From Sumerlaeia bacterium (GTDB lineage Bacteria > Sumerlaeota > Sumerlaeia > SLMS01 > JAHLLQ01): DNA of 64,000 bases. Shown piece by piece: positions 37,873 through 47,652 of the stretch. The stretch lies in assembly GCA_040219255.1 (NCBI GenBank), contig JAVJSW010000037.1, positions 96,001 to 160,000 of the forward strand, read 5' to 3'. Positions within the stretch are counted from its first letter, which is position 1, and every line of letters starts with the position of its first letter. The notes below the pieces were generated by a model that did no database searches, had not been told where the DNA came from, and was given only the letters and a program-made list of their open reading frames with translations. The position numbers and the translations under genes were made by a program.

Positions 37873-40290
37873 ATGGTTTTTTCGCCCTCTCTCACGTTGA
37901 CTTGCCTGTTTATGACCGGATTGCTCTTTGCACAATCCATCAGTCTTCCGGGAGAAGATCAGGATCGAGATGGAGAAATGGACCCCGGAGAATCCAATCC
38001 AGCGGCGGCGGATTCTCGCCCTGCTGTAAATGCAACGGATAGTGACGGGGATGGTTTGCCAGACTACTATGAAGTCAGCTTTTCCATGAATGATGAATAC
38101 CTCTACGGACTCGATCCTTATGATAAGGACACGGACGACGACGGCATCTCCGATTTCGACGAACTGGCATCCAGTAGGTACTATCGTGCGGGTCGTGAAG
38201 ACCCGAGTGACCTCGCCCTGACAGCCCACAATTACTGGCGTACGTACATACAACTTGACCCGCTCGATCCCGATTCGGATGACGATGGCGTTCCCGATGG
38301 AACGGAAATTGGAGTGGTCAGTCCTATACCCGATGGGCCGGAAATCGTAACGCCAGAGGGTGAAGTGATCACAATCAAGGGAACAGACACCACCGCCCGC
38401 TATGTGTTCAGTTTTCAACTGCGGAATCTTCCGAGCTATGAGGGTGATGAACCGGACCGTTTCATAAACCAAAAGCGATTTAACTTTCGTGCGGATGCCG
38501 ATCCCGGCTATGGGGAAGGGCATTATTTCACAAACCCGGGCAAGTATGACAGTAATCATGACGGTTTTTACGATGGCTTAGAGGACTACAACCAACTGCC
38601 TCTCGAGGATCTCGCTAAGCTTGAAGACGAAAACTACTACAATGCCCCGACCAATTACAATGGTGCCTATGATGTCAGCGATCAGAATGGCGAGATCCTT
38701 GAAACCGACCCTATGATGGGGCTTCACGAGGTGGACTGGAGTTGGGAGACAAATACTAAGTTGACTCCTGGAGGCGGGTTTTTCGTCGGGCATCCACAGG
38801 ATGACAATCTTGGACCAGACGCAGAGGTCGTCGTTCAATTTTACTATCTTGGCGGCCCCAGTTTTTCCGGTGACATCAAGTTGTCAATTGAAGACAGGTT
38901 TGCGAGAGTCGAGCCTTCCATACTGGAAGATGTTTCTATGGGAAAGAGGTTTCTTATTACGATTTCCCAGAAGAGAAAGATATTTAAGCCGGGAGAGGAG
39001 CATGAGCCCTCCGCACCACTGAAATTTGATTACATTCCCGATTCGCAGGCACAGAGCATGATGATGCTCGACAAGACCCTTTTTCCAAGAGAGCAATATC
39101 CTCCAGAGAAGGTAAGAGAGGAACTCCCAGCGGTCAAAATTTGTATCAGTTCGGTGTTCAAGGTTGTTGGCCGCAGCGGTGTTGGCCGGCAACCGTTGAT
39201 TTTTGATGCTCCAACCGCAAGCCGGTACATCAATCGTTTTCTGTATGGGGAATCTTTGGAGGTGGGCAGCGGCTCTGTTTTCAACATCGAAGGCGAGGAT
39301 CAGCTTAGAACCTCAGGCTTTACCGTGAATGAGATTTTGAGTGAATGTTTCATTGAGATAGATAACTCATGTGTGGTTTCAGGCTTGCCGGGAGAAGCCT
39401 CAATCGCGCCACGGAGGTCCGAGAGAATCGAAGATTTGCTGGAAGTGCGGGTACCAGAGAGCGTTCCGTCGCTCGCCAGACACTCTCAATCCATCCAAGT
39501 TCTTCGACGAAAGCTAGCAATTTATTTTTCGGAAAGATTTCAGCAAAGAGGTCCTGTGCTATTGGCGATGGGCTTTGTAACAGATTATGATGTTGAAGAT
39601 TCATCGGGTCTCTTGCATTATTTGGGAAAGTCCATTGATTGCTGGCAATGCGTTCCGCCAGGCCCAGTTTACTCGCCAGACGAGATCCTTGGCTTTGGCA
39701 CAAATTTAAACTCAGTGAGATTTTCTGATTCAGGGCTACAGAATTCCGGAATGCCAGCCCCAACTGCGTTTGTGATCAATGACAGCGCCTTGGGTGAGAA
39801 GAGCGACATGTCTAAATACCGAAGAATACTGAATGATCTCTACAAGGAGACTGGAGTACCCTTCGACGAGTTGACAGGACCTGAAAGGAGATTGATTAGC
39901 GCTCGGGCCCTCGAAAAATACAAAGAAGAAGATGGTCAATTTCAGCTTGTAGGCCGAGACGATAGTGATGTAATCCGCGGTGCAATCCGCACAATAGCCC
40001 ATGAAATCATACACTGTTTGCGAGTTACTTGTGAAGTGCCATACACTGGCGGTGGTATAGTTACATCAGAAACACATTCAAATTCTTTGGACAATCTCAT
40101 GTTTCCATTCGGAGACAAGGGTGACATCGAATTGACTCCCAGCGAGCGGTTGCAGGCGAATCTGTTTGCCCGAAGAGTGATGGAGAGCAACCGAGGATTC
40201 TATAGTCAGGATAATCAGTTTATCTTCTACAACGATAACCACCAAGAAGTGCAAATTTGGGTACATGACGCTTCGAAAGGGGAAGATTGA
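37873..40290 (+). CDS. AT-richer secreted protein with TSP3-like Ca-binding repeats and a C-terminal HExxH metallopeptidase-like domain
   Basis: Signal peptide; DSDGDGLPD, DTDDDGISD and DSDDDGVPD repeats; TIAHEIIH...H...NLM. Confidence 0.7.
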   Translation: MVFSPSLTLTCLFMTGLLFAQSISLPGEDQDRDGEMDPGESNPAAADSRPAVNATDSDGDGLPDYYEVSFSMNDEYLYGLDPYDKDTDDDGISDFDELASSRYYRAGREDPSDLALTAHNYWRTYIQLDPLDPDSDDDGVPDGTEIGVVSPIPDGPEIVTPEGEVITIKGTDTTARYVFSFQLRNLPSYEGDEPDRFINQKRFNFRADADPGYGEGHYFTNPGKYDSNHDGFYDGLEDYNQLPLEDLAKLEDENYYNAPTNYNGAYDVSDQNGEILETDPMMGLHEVDWSWETNTKLTPGGGFFVGHPQDDNLGPDAEVVVQFYYLGGPSFSGDIKLSIEDRFARVEPSILEDVSMGKRFLITISQKRKIFKPGEEHEPSAPLKFDYIPDSQAQSMMMLDKTLFPREQYPPEKVREELPAVKICISSVFKVVGRSGVGRQPLIFDAPTASRYINRFLYGESLEVGSGSVFNIEGEDQLRTSGFTVNEILSECFIEIDNSCVVSGLPGEASIAPRRSERIEDLLEVRVPESVPSLARHSQSIQVLRRKLAIYFSERFQQRGPVLLAMGFVTDYDVEDSSGLLHYLGKSIDCWQCVPPGPVYSPDEILGFGTNLNSVRFSDSGLQNSGMPAPTAFVINDSALGEKSDMSKYRRILNDLYKETGVPFDELTGPERRLISARALEKYKEEDGQFQLVGRDDSDVIRGAIRTIAHEIIHCLRVTCEVPYTGGGIVTSETHSNSLDNLMFPFGDKGDIELTPSERLQANLFARRVMESNRGFYSQDNQFIFYNDNHQEVQIWVHDASKGED

Positions 40291-40299
40291 AGCTGAATC

Positions 40300-41124
40300 T
40301 TACTGCAAGAACACCCCCGGCTGGAACAGCGCCAGATACCCATGAAAAGGCACCGCCACGATCAGCGCCGCGTCGATGCGGTCGAGGGCGCCGCCGTGGG
40401 CGCCGAGGGCTCGGCCGCTGTCTTTGACGCCGGCGTCACGTTTGAGGAAGGACTCGGACAGGTCACCGAGTTGGGCGAGGCCGCTGAACAGAATCGCCAC
40501 CGCGGCGAGCTCCAGCGCACCCGTGCCGTGGAACAGCTCCGGCAGGCAAATCATGAAAATCAGCGGTGGCAATAAAGCTCCAGACAGCCCCCCGATGCTG
40601 CCTTCCCAGGTCTTGCCGGGGCTCAGCGTCGGGAAAATCTTGTTCTTGCCGAACTTCTTGCCGAAGATCATCGCCGCCGAATCGGTGCAGAAGATGATCG
40701 TCAGCATCATCAGGAGCCACATGCGGGCCTCGAAACCGGCTGTGAAGAGAAACGCCAGCGATGCCAGTGGCAGCCCGACGTAAATGGCGGCGCCGAGGGT
40801 GGAGGCCACGTCGCGCCAGGCGCCCTCGATGCCGCCCACCTTCATTCGCGCCACGAACGCCGCCGGGGTCACGACGCCCAGGAACAGCGGCACCAGATCG
40901 TAGCGCCCGAAAAAGCCCAGAAGCAGCAGGATCACGACGCTGACCGAGGCGATGCGCCGCAGTACCCGCGAGCCGCGCTGCTTGGCCATGCCGCTCAATT
41001 CATTGACGGAAATCATCCCCAGGAGGCCGATCAAGACGACGGGAAGGAACCGCATCGGCGCCCAGAAAAAGCCCAACGCCAGAATGGCAAGGAGCGGAAT
41101 GGCGATCGCGATGCGGTTTTTCAT
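40300..41124 (-). CDS. cdsA: Phosphatidate cytidylyltransferase
   Basis: TDSAAMIFG, SPGKTWEG, GDLSESFLKRDAGVKDSG, HGGALDRID. Confidence 0.95.
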   Translation of the reverse strand: MKNRIAIAIPLLAILALGFFWAPMRFLPVVLIGLLGMISVNELSGMAKQRGSRVLRRIASVSVVILLLLGFFGRYDLVPLFLGVVTPAAFVARMKVGGIEGAWRDVASTLGAAIYVGLPLASLAFLFTAGFEARMWLLMMLTIIFCTDSAAMIFGKKFGKNKIFPTLSPGKTWEGSIGGLSGALLPPLIFMICLPELFHGTGALELAAVAILFSGLAQLGDLSESFLKRDAGVKDSGRALGAHGGALDRIDAALIVAVPFHGYLALFQPGVFLQ

Positions 41125-41217
41125 GGTCAGGGGAGGCTTTCGTGCAGGTTTGACATTGGAGCGAGCAACGAGCGTTCCCAACCTGCCCCGCCGGGGGCAA
41201 TTGGAAGGCGGAGGGCG

Positions 41218-42381
41218 TCAATCCACAACTTCCAGAACCAGGCTCGTCACATCGTCGGTGAGGGCCAGCGATCCGCCGCCGTTTCCGTTGGTGGGCAGGA
41301 TCGAGCTGATAGCCCGCACGATCTCCGGGGCGCTGCTTTGTCCGGCCTGCCGGAATATGCGGTGTGTGTCCCCGAGGTAGCTTTCCGCCTCCGGCCTCAT
41401 CAGACCGTTGGTGCAGATCAGCACCCGGTCGCCGGGTTCGAGGGCGACCGTTACCTCGGAGAAGGCGGCGTCGGCGAAGGCGCCGAGCGGCGGGCCGCTT
41501 GCCTGGATGCGCTCGCATTCTCCCCCCGCGGCGCGGTAGATCGTTGGCGCCGGAAGTCCGCCGCCGATGACCGTCAGTTGGCGCTGGTCCGGCGCGTAGC
41601 GCAGGTACGTCCCCAACGCGATGTCCCATTCCGACAGGATCGAGCACAGATGCGAGTTGATTCGCGCCATCGCCAGCAGCGCGTTCGTCATCGCCGGGAG
41701 TTGCGTCTGCAGCAGCGTCTTGAGCCGGAAGGTGTAAAGCGACGGCACCACGCCCGAGCCGGGGAAGTCCGCCACGATGATGCCCAGTGAACCATCGGCC
41801 AGCGAGACCACATCCCAGTAATCGCCACAGAGCGTTTCGCAGGGCTTCCAGACGGCGGCCAAGCGGATGCCGTAGGCGTCGGGCAAATCGGCGAGGCGTT
41901 CGGGCCCCGGGACCAGCGATTCCTGCATGCGGCGCGCCGCCTCCAGATCGCGGCGGATGCGCTCGTTCTGGCGTTGCGATTCGATCTGCAACGCCCGAAG
42001 CCGGGTGTGCGTTTCGATTCGAGCCAGAAGCACGTCCAGATCGATGGGCTTGGTCACGTAATCGTTGGCCCCGGCTCTCAGGCCCGCCACCACGTCCTGG
42101 CTGTCGCTGCGGGCGGTGACCATGATGACCGGCAGGTCGTGGGTTTTCGGGTCGGCGCGCAGGCGCTGGCAGACCTCCAGGCCGCTCATCCCCGGCATCA
42201 TCACGTCCAGCAGCACCATATCGGGAGGCGTGCGAGCGATCAATTCCAGCGCCACCGGGCCGTTTTCCGCCTCGGTCACGATGTAGCCCTGGTCCTCCAG
42301 GTCTTGCAGCAACAACTCGCGGTTGAACTCGTTGTCGTCCACCACGAGGATCTGACTCTTGCGATGCTTGCCGTCCGTCAT
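41218..42381 (-). CDS. Response regulator fused to a PP2C/SpoIIE-like domain (degenerate active site)
   Basis: REC (VVDD, LLDVMMP, TKP); CGDYWD, VADFPGSG, CTNGL, DDVT. Confidence 0.88.
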   Translation of the reverse strand: MTDGKHRKSQILVVDDNEFNRELLLQDLEDQGYIVTEAENGPVALELIARTPPDMVLLDVMMPGMSGLEVCQRLRADPKTHDLPVIMVTARSDSQDVVAGLRAGANDYVTKPIDLDVLLARIETHTRLRALQIESQRQNERIRRDLEAARRMQESLVPGPERLADLPDAYGIRLAAVWKPCETLCGDYWDVVSLADGSLGIIVADFPGSGVVPSLYTFRLKTLLQTQLPAMTNALLAMARINSHLCSILSEWDIALGTYLRYAPDQRQLTVIGGGLPAPTIYRAAGGECERIQASGPPLGAFADAAFSEVTVALEPGDRVLICTNGLMRPEAESYLGDTHRIFRQAGQSSAPEIVRAISSILPTNGNGGGSLALTDDVTSLVLEVVD

Positions 42382-42487
42382 ATCAGCCTTGCCGTCCTGG
42401 GGGCCGCGGGGCAGGGTTCGCCCCGCTGGCCGATGCGAAGAGGTTGGCGAATCTTTTCACCGGGGCCCGGCCAGGGGCCAACACTTT

Positions 42488-43177
42488 ATGGATGCTCAGA
42501 CCGCTTTGCAACGATATGTCCTCTCCGGGGGCATGATGATGGTCTTTCTGGTGCCGCTGGCGCTGATGACCGTCGCCTTCGCGGTCCAGGCATTCGTCAA
42601 TATCCGGCGCTCGCGCATTTGCCCGAAGGGCTACGCCGCCAAAGCCGCCCGCCTCGCCGCCAAAGCATCGCCGGACGGCCCCGCGCTGATCGGACGGCTC
42701 GCCGGAGACGGCCACGCCCTGGGGCGCGTCCTGGGGCGGACGCTGGCCCGCGTGGGCAAGGAACGCACCCCGGCCCCCTCGCTGACCGAGGAAATCCTTC
42801 GCGAGGAAATCACCGACGAGTGCGAAGCCCTCCTGGAAAAGAACAGCCAGCTTGGCGTGGTCTACACCGTGGCGCCGCTCATGGGGCTTCTGGGCACCGT
42901 GTTCGGCATGATCAGCACCTTCCGCGAATTCACCGCCGCCACCGATCCGAGCGTCAAGGAACTGAGCGCCGGGATCAACGTGGCCCTGATCACGACCGCC
43001 TGGGGGCTGGCCATCGCCATCCCGGCGTTCCTCTTTCTGGCTCTGATTCAGCGCCGCATCGCCGCCTACGAACGGCTTCACCTGCCCGCCGAAGCCTCCG
43101 CCTCCCTCGATGCCATCGCGTCCGCCCTCGCTGACCCGGCCGAGGCCGAGAGCGAACCTCTGGAAGAAGCGAGCTGA
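42488..43177 (+). CDS. exbB: MotA/TolQ/ExbB proton channel protein
   Basis: APLMGLLGTVFGMI, GINVALITTAWGLAIAIP. Confidence 0.9.
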   Translation: MDAQTALQRYVLSGGMMMVFLVPLALMTVAFAVQAFVNIRRSRICPKGYAAKAARLAAKASPDGPALIGRLAGDGHALGRVLGRTLARVGKERTPAPSLTEEILREEITDECEALLEKNSQLGVVYTVAPLMGLLGTVFGMISTFREFTAATDPSVKELSAGINVALITTAWGLAIAIPAFLFLALIQRRIAAYERLHLPAEASASLDAIASALADPAEAESEPLEEAS

Positions 43178-43181
43178 GCCC

Positions 43182-43625
43182 ATGCTGCACCGCCGGCCCA
43201 CGCGTCCCCGCCGCGGCCGCTCGCGCGCCTTCGCGGGCGATCTGAATCTGACACCGCTCATCGACATTCTCTTCAATCTGATATTTTTCTTTATCCTCGC
43301 CACGGAGATTCAGGACCGCGAGCGGTTCCGCGACATCGCCTTGCCCCCCTCCTCGTCCGCCTCGGCGGAAAAACCCTACGAGGACGAACCGCCGCCCGAG
43401 GTGGCTCTCGACCGGGACGGGCAGATCTACTTCGACGGCGAAGCGCTCTCCGACAGCGAGTTCATCGACCGGATGACACAGTTCGTTCGCGACCGCAAGG
43501 TGGACGAAATCATCCTGTCGAGCGACGCCGGTCTCAATTGGGGCCGAATCGTGGAAGTGACCGACCTTTGCCAGCAGGCGGGTGTGCGAGAGGTGATTTC
43601 GCGCCTGCGGAGGGCCCAAAACTAG
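43182..43625 (+). CDS. exbD: ExbD/TolR biopolymer transport protein
   Basis: LNLTPLIDILFNLIFFF with the conserved Asp; follows exbB. Confidence 0.9.
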   Translation: MLHRRPTRPRRGRSRAFAGDLNLTPLIDILFNLIFFFILATEIQDRERFRDIALPPSSSASAEKPYEDEPPPEVALDRDGQIYFDGEALSDSEFIDRMTQFVRDRKVDEIILSSDAGLNWGRIVEVTDLCQQAGVREVISRLRRAQN

Positions 43626-43816
43626 GCAGAGTCGCGGTTTGTCGAGAGATTGTCTTCGGTCTTCATGGATTTCGCGCCAAATCCGGACGGCGCGTCGAAA
43701 AAGGCACGGCTCTTGATGCTCCCGACCATCGACGATGACCCTGTTCGATCTCCCGGGTTGGGCTCATCGGTCTCGTGATAGAGGCGGGCGTGGCGCGATT
43801 GGGATGGAATCGGGGG

Positions 43817-43846
43817 TTGACGCGCCCCGCCCGGTCTCTTTATAGA
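43817..43846 (+). promoter_or_regulatory. Putative promoter of tRNA-Lys
   Basis: TTGACG - 18 bp - TATAGA. Confidence 0.4.
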
Positions 43847-43888
43847 ACGCAACCCTTCGGCGCGGACCCGCGGCGAAGAGTGTCATGT

Positions 43889-43963
43889 GGGCGCATAGCT
43901 CAGCGGTAGAGCAGGTGGCTTTTAACCACTTGGTCCTAGGTTCGAGTCCTAGTGCGCCCACCA
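43889..43963 (+). tRNA. tRNA-Lys(TTT)
   Basis: GGGCGCA/TGCGCCC acceptor stem, GGTGG-CTTTTAA-CCACT anticodon arm, TTCGAGT T-loop, CCA. Confidence 0.96.
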
Positions 43964-44073
43964 CCCTATCAACGCTTTTCAACCCGGCGCCGACTCACGC
44001 TTGCAGTCCGCGCCGGTTTTTTGTTTCATCGGCCCCAATCCGCGCATCTTGCCGCTCTCACAGGCCAGCCTTC

Positions 44074-44598
44074 ATGACTCTGCCGCCCCGCCACCGCATT
44101 CTCGCCATCGACGACACCGAAGACACCCTCGAACTGATCCGCCTCACGCTTCAGGACGACTACGACGTGCTCAGCCTGGCCGATCCGATGAACGCCTACG
44201 AGTACGTCGATCTCTTCGAGCCCGATCTGCTGATTCTGGATATCATGATGCCGCGCGTGTCGGGCTTTCAGATTCTGGAAATGATTCAGCAAGGCTCGCG
44301 CCCCCGCGAGCTGCCCGTCATTCTGCTGTCCGCCAAGACCGCGTCGTCCGACATCAAGCACGGCTATCAGCTCGGCGCGAGCCTCTACCTGACCAAACCG
44401 TTCCAGCCCGAGCGGCTGCGCAAGAACGTGCGGCTTCAGTTTGAATTCCACCCGCCCACCAGCGAACCGCACACGCAGGACCTGGCCGCGATTCTCAAGC
44501 ACATCCGGCAGAAGACCGGCTACCGCCAGGGCGGGGTGCAATTGGCCAGCGCGGTGCTGCCGGACCACGATTTCGGCGGGTCTTCCGCCGCGGGTTAG
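44074..44598 (+). CDS. Response regulator (REC domain plus short tail)
   Basis: ILAIDD, ILDIMMP, LSAK, YLTKPF. Confidence 0.88.
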   Translation: MTLPPRHRILAIDDTEDTLELIRLTLQDDYDVLSLADPMNAYEYVDLFEPDLLILDIMMPRVSGFQILEMIQQGSRPRELPVILLSAKTASSDIKHGYQLGASLYLTKPFQPERLRKNVRLQFEFHPPTSEPHTQDLAAILKHIRQKTGYRQGGVQLASAVLPDHDFGGSSAAG

Positions 44599-45011
44599 CC
44601 CTCGTTCGTCAGCCGCCCCAGCAACTCCAAAGGGATGCGAACGATGCGGTTCGACCGATCGAAGAACGCGTGCTTCGTCATTCCGGTCGCCGCCAGTTCC
44701 TGGCGCGCGTCGCAGTACAATTCATAACGGAACGTCAGCCGGGTGCGGGTGATTTCCTCCACAATGCTGCGCACGCGCACTTCATCGTCGTAGTAAAGAG
44801 GGCGTTTGAAATCGCAGGAGGCGTGAAGGACCGGGATGCGGAAGCCCGCCTCCTCCATCTCGCGATACGAGAGCCCCCGCGCCCGCAGGCCTTCGACCCG
44901 GCCGATCTCCATGTAGACAAAATAATTGCCGTGATACACCACGCCCATCTGATCCGTGTCGCGGTAAACGACACGGTGCCGATGGTCATGATGCGGAGAC
45001 CCAGGTGTCAC
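44595..45011 (-). CDS. Acyl-CoA thioesterase (YbgC/FadM hotdog family)
   Basis: RVVYRDTDQMGVVYHGNY...EIGR motif. Confidence 0.9.
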   Translation of the reverse strand: MTPGSPHHDHRHRVVYRDTDQMGVVYHGNYFVYMEIGRVEGLRARGLSYREMEEAGFRIPVLHASCDFKRPLYYDDEVRVRSIVEEITRTRLTFRYELYCDARQELAATGMTKHAFFDRSNRIVRIPLELLGRLTNEG

Positions 45012-45028
45012 AAGTTCAAGCCGCCGGC

Positions 45029-45940
45029 TCAGGTTCCGGAAATGTCGGAGGCGATTTGGTTTTGAGTGGACTGATCGACCACCTCGCCGACCACCATCGA
45101 ATCGCGGAAGCGATTCAGGTCCAGGTGCATCAGCGACCACTTGTCGTGGGTGTGGTGGGCCACGACCGGGCCCAGGTCGTCGACTCCCCAGTAAATCGCG
45201 TCCCATTCGCGGCCGGCGCCGAAGGTGATGCGCAGCTTGCGCCCGCGCAGGAGTTTCTTCGGCTCCTCATCCACGCTGTCTTCGATCGAGGTGACCGGTT
45301 TTTGAAAGAAGCCGGAGTGGCCCGTGGTGGCGCCGGCTCGGGGCTGCGGGATGAAGGCGCAGTAGTCGAACATGTCGAGGTGGAAAATCACCTCGTCGCG
45401 ATCCCAGGTCATGCGACGTTGCAGGCGAAGCATGAACTCGGCAGGCAATTGGCCGAGTTTTTTCACGTCGTAGGAAGCGAGGGCGACGCCCTGCGGTTTC
45501 ACCGAGCCGTCGGCCAGCAGCAGGTACACCACCTCGTATTCCTTGTCCGGCCGGCTGTCCTTGAAAACGCCGATGTGATCGTCTTCGAACCGCAGAATCG
45601 TGCCGACGGGGAAGGTGCCGTCTGAACCCAGTCGCGTCCGCGACGTGTCCAGGTCTTCCGGCGCCGGATGGGCACCGGCCTTGGTAGGGGCGCCTCCCAG
45701 CTTGGGCACCGTGGTGGAAGAAGGCGGCGCGGCGGAGGGGGGCTTGGGGATGGCGTGCCCCAGGGGAGGCGTCGCTGGGTCCGCCTCGGCTCTTTGCGTG
45801 CCCTGGACGCGGGGTTTGTAGTCCAGCTTCTTCTTCTTCAGCACCGAGTCCGCGAGTTTGCTCAGGTAATCTCTCTCGTCCGGGGACGGGGGACCTTCGC
45901 CCCCTCCCATATCGTCCGGCGCGGCATGCTTCCAATTCAT
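45029..45940 (-). CDS. Hypothetical protein (disordered N-terminus plus two small beta domains)
   Basis: Host-like codon usage; Pro/Ala/Lys-rich N-terminus; globular C-terminal half. Confidence 0.7.
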   Translation of the reverse strand: MNWKHAAPDDMGGGEGPPSPDERDYLSKLADSVLKKKKLDYKPRVQGTQRAEADPATPPLGHAIPKPPSAAPPSSTTVPKLGGAPTKAGAHPAPEDLDTSRTRLGSDGTFPVGTILRFEDDHIGVFKDSRPDKEYEVVYLLLADGSVKPQGVALASYDVKKLGQLPAEFMLRLQRRMTWDRDEVIFHLDMFDYCAFIPQPRAGATTGHSGFFQKPVTSIEDSVDEEPKKLLRGRKLRITFGAGREWDAIYWGVDDLGPVVAHHTHDKWSLMHLDLNRFRDSMVVGEVVDQSTQNQIASDISGT

Positions 45941-46094
45941 GTGTGTGACAGCCTTGATGGGCATTATCAATCCTCCGGCTAAGGCTAGCCGACAGTATTG
46001 CCAATGAGTTAGGGGCACGTTGGGCAGACTGTCAACCGATAGGAGTCGGTTAGTGTTCAGTCTTAGAATAAAAGAACCGAATTGGTCCGAGGGG

Positions 46095-47357
46095 TCAGGG
46101 AACGGGGACGGTGGTGGCGGCTTCTGCCAGTTTGCGGGCCGCGAGGGCGTCCTTCAGGGTGATCTGGCCGTCGCCGTCCAGATCGAGCCCGTCGTAGTTC
46201 TCGACATCGGCCGAGTCGAGCGCTTGCGAACCCGCCACCAGGCCGGTCAGTACGTCGCCGTCGGTGGAGTCGACGATCTCGTCGCCGTTCACGTCGCCGA
46301 GGCCGGGCTTGACCGCGTCGTCGGTAACCGCCGCCAGGCCGAGCTTCACCGCCTCGTAGGCGTCGAGATAGCCGTCGCCATCGGAGTCGGCGAGGCTGTC
46401 GTTCGGATCGATCGAAGCGGGCAGGCCGTCGCTGTCGGCGTCGACGAAGGAAGCGGGGGAGTTTTCGTCGAGGGGATCGCTGCCGAGGAGGAGGACTTCG
46501 ACGCCGTCCGGGATGCCGTCGCCGTCTGTGTCGGCGTTACGCGGGTCCGTTTCCAGACCCACGTCGTAGGCGAAGTTGAAGGCGATGCCGGGGGCGCGGC
46601 TGCCGTTGAGTTCGTCGAGGTCGGCGAGGCCGTCGCCGTCGCTGTCGTAGAGGGCGCCATTGGTCGAACCGGCGGCGGGAATGCGGACCGCGGGCTCGAC
46701 GCCGTCGGCGACGCCGTCGCCATCGAGGTCCGCCGCGCCGAGGAGGCCCTGCACCGCGGAGGCGAAGACGACGTTGGGGTAATCGTCTTCCGTGAAGCCG
46801 ATGAGCCGTGACAGGTCGCTGTTGTCCTGGAACAGGAGCGCCGGGTTGCGGGACAATTCGCGCCCGCGATCGTTTTCCGCGGCAAAGATGCTGACGATGC
46901 CGGCGGGCGAAATGGTCGTCCGGAAGGTCGCGTCGAAGAGCTGGAACGACGTCGGTTGGTCGTCGATGACAGCGGGGTTCGAACCGTCGATTCCGGCGAA
47001 GGCGAACACATGGTGGATGGCTTCGCCGCTGGGGCCGAAGTCCGGCATGGCGGACGCTGGCGGGATGGCTTCCGGGGCTGGAATGCCGTTGGCCGTCGGC
47101 GCGGTAACGGCTTCGACAGAGAGGAGTTCGAGTTGGTTTGGGTCGTAGAGCATCCGCAGATCGTAACCGGTCAGGGGCAGCGTGGTGGCGCTGGTGTCGA
47201 CCGCGAGGCGGACGGTGAAGCTCGTCTCCGGATTGGCCACAAGGGTAGCGTCCGATCCCGGGGCGAAATCCAGGGAAACGGGGACTTGGCCCAAGGCCAC
47301 TCCACAAGTGAGGGAAAACGCCGTGAGGCAGGGAAGAGCGATAGATTTGAGCGTCAT
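46095..47357 (-). CDS. Secreted cohesin-like + TSP3-repeat + dockerin protein
   Basis: Signal peptide; FTVRLAVD...GYDLRMLYDPNQLELLSVE (cohesin-like); DxDGDG repeats; GDVNGDEIVDSTD...DLDGDGQITLKD (dockerin). Confidence 0.8.
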   Translation of the reverse strand: MTLKSIALPCLTAFSLTCGVALGQVPVSLDFAPGSDATLVANPETSFTVRLAVDTSATTLPLTGYDLRMLYDPNQLELLSVEAVTAPTANGIPAPEAIPPASAMPDFGPSGEAIHHVFAFAGIDGSNPAVIDDQPTSFQLFDATFRTTISPAGIVSIFAAENDRGRELSRNPALLFQDNSDLSRLIGFTEDDYPNVVFASAVQGLLGAADLDGDGVADGVEPAVRIPAAGSTNGALYDSDGDGLADLDELNGSRAPGIAFNFAYDVGLETDPRNADTDGDGIPDGVEVLLLGSDPLDENSPASFVDADSDGLPASIDPNDSLADSDGDGYLDAYEAVKLGLAAVTDDAVKPGLGDVNGDEIVDSTDGDVLTGLVAGSQALDSADVENYDGLDLDGDGQITLKDALAARKLAEAATTVPVP

Positions 47358-47652
47358 GACCGAACTCGAGACCACGGGTGAACTAAAGATGGGCGACATT
47401 CGTACCAGCCTTTCGCGCGGTCAAGGTAAGTTCGCCGTGGTCGTGCCGGCCTGGCGATTCTTTGACCACAGCGAACGAAGAGGGGGGAGTTCATTGTTGA
47501 TTCACCGAAGCTCTTGGTCTCTTCGTGGGACAGAACTCGGCTCTTCCCAGTCGTCCCGGCGTCGAATCGCTCTCCGCTCTGGCAGCACGCAACCTCACTC
47601 GCACCAAGCGTTTCCCCGCCTCCGTTTCATCGTGCTGGATTTTCTTGAAGGA

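Noticed and set aside
43885-44073. ORFs overlapping tRNA-Lys (and those over the tRNA-Met cluster at 28860-29150)
   Set aside because: Spurious translations of tRNA genes.
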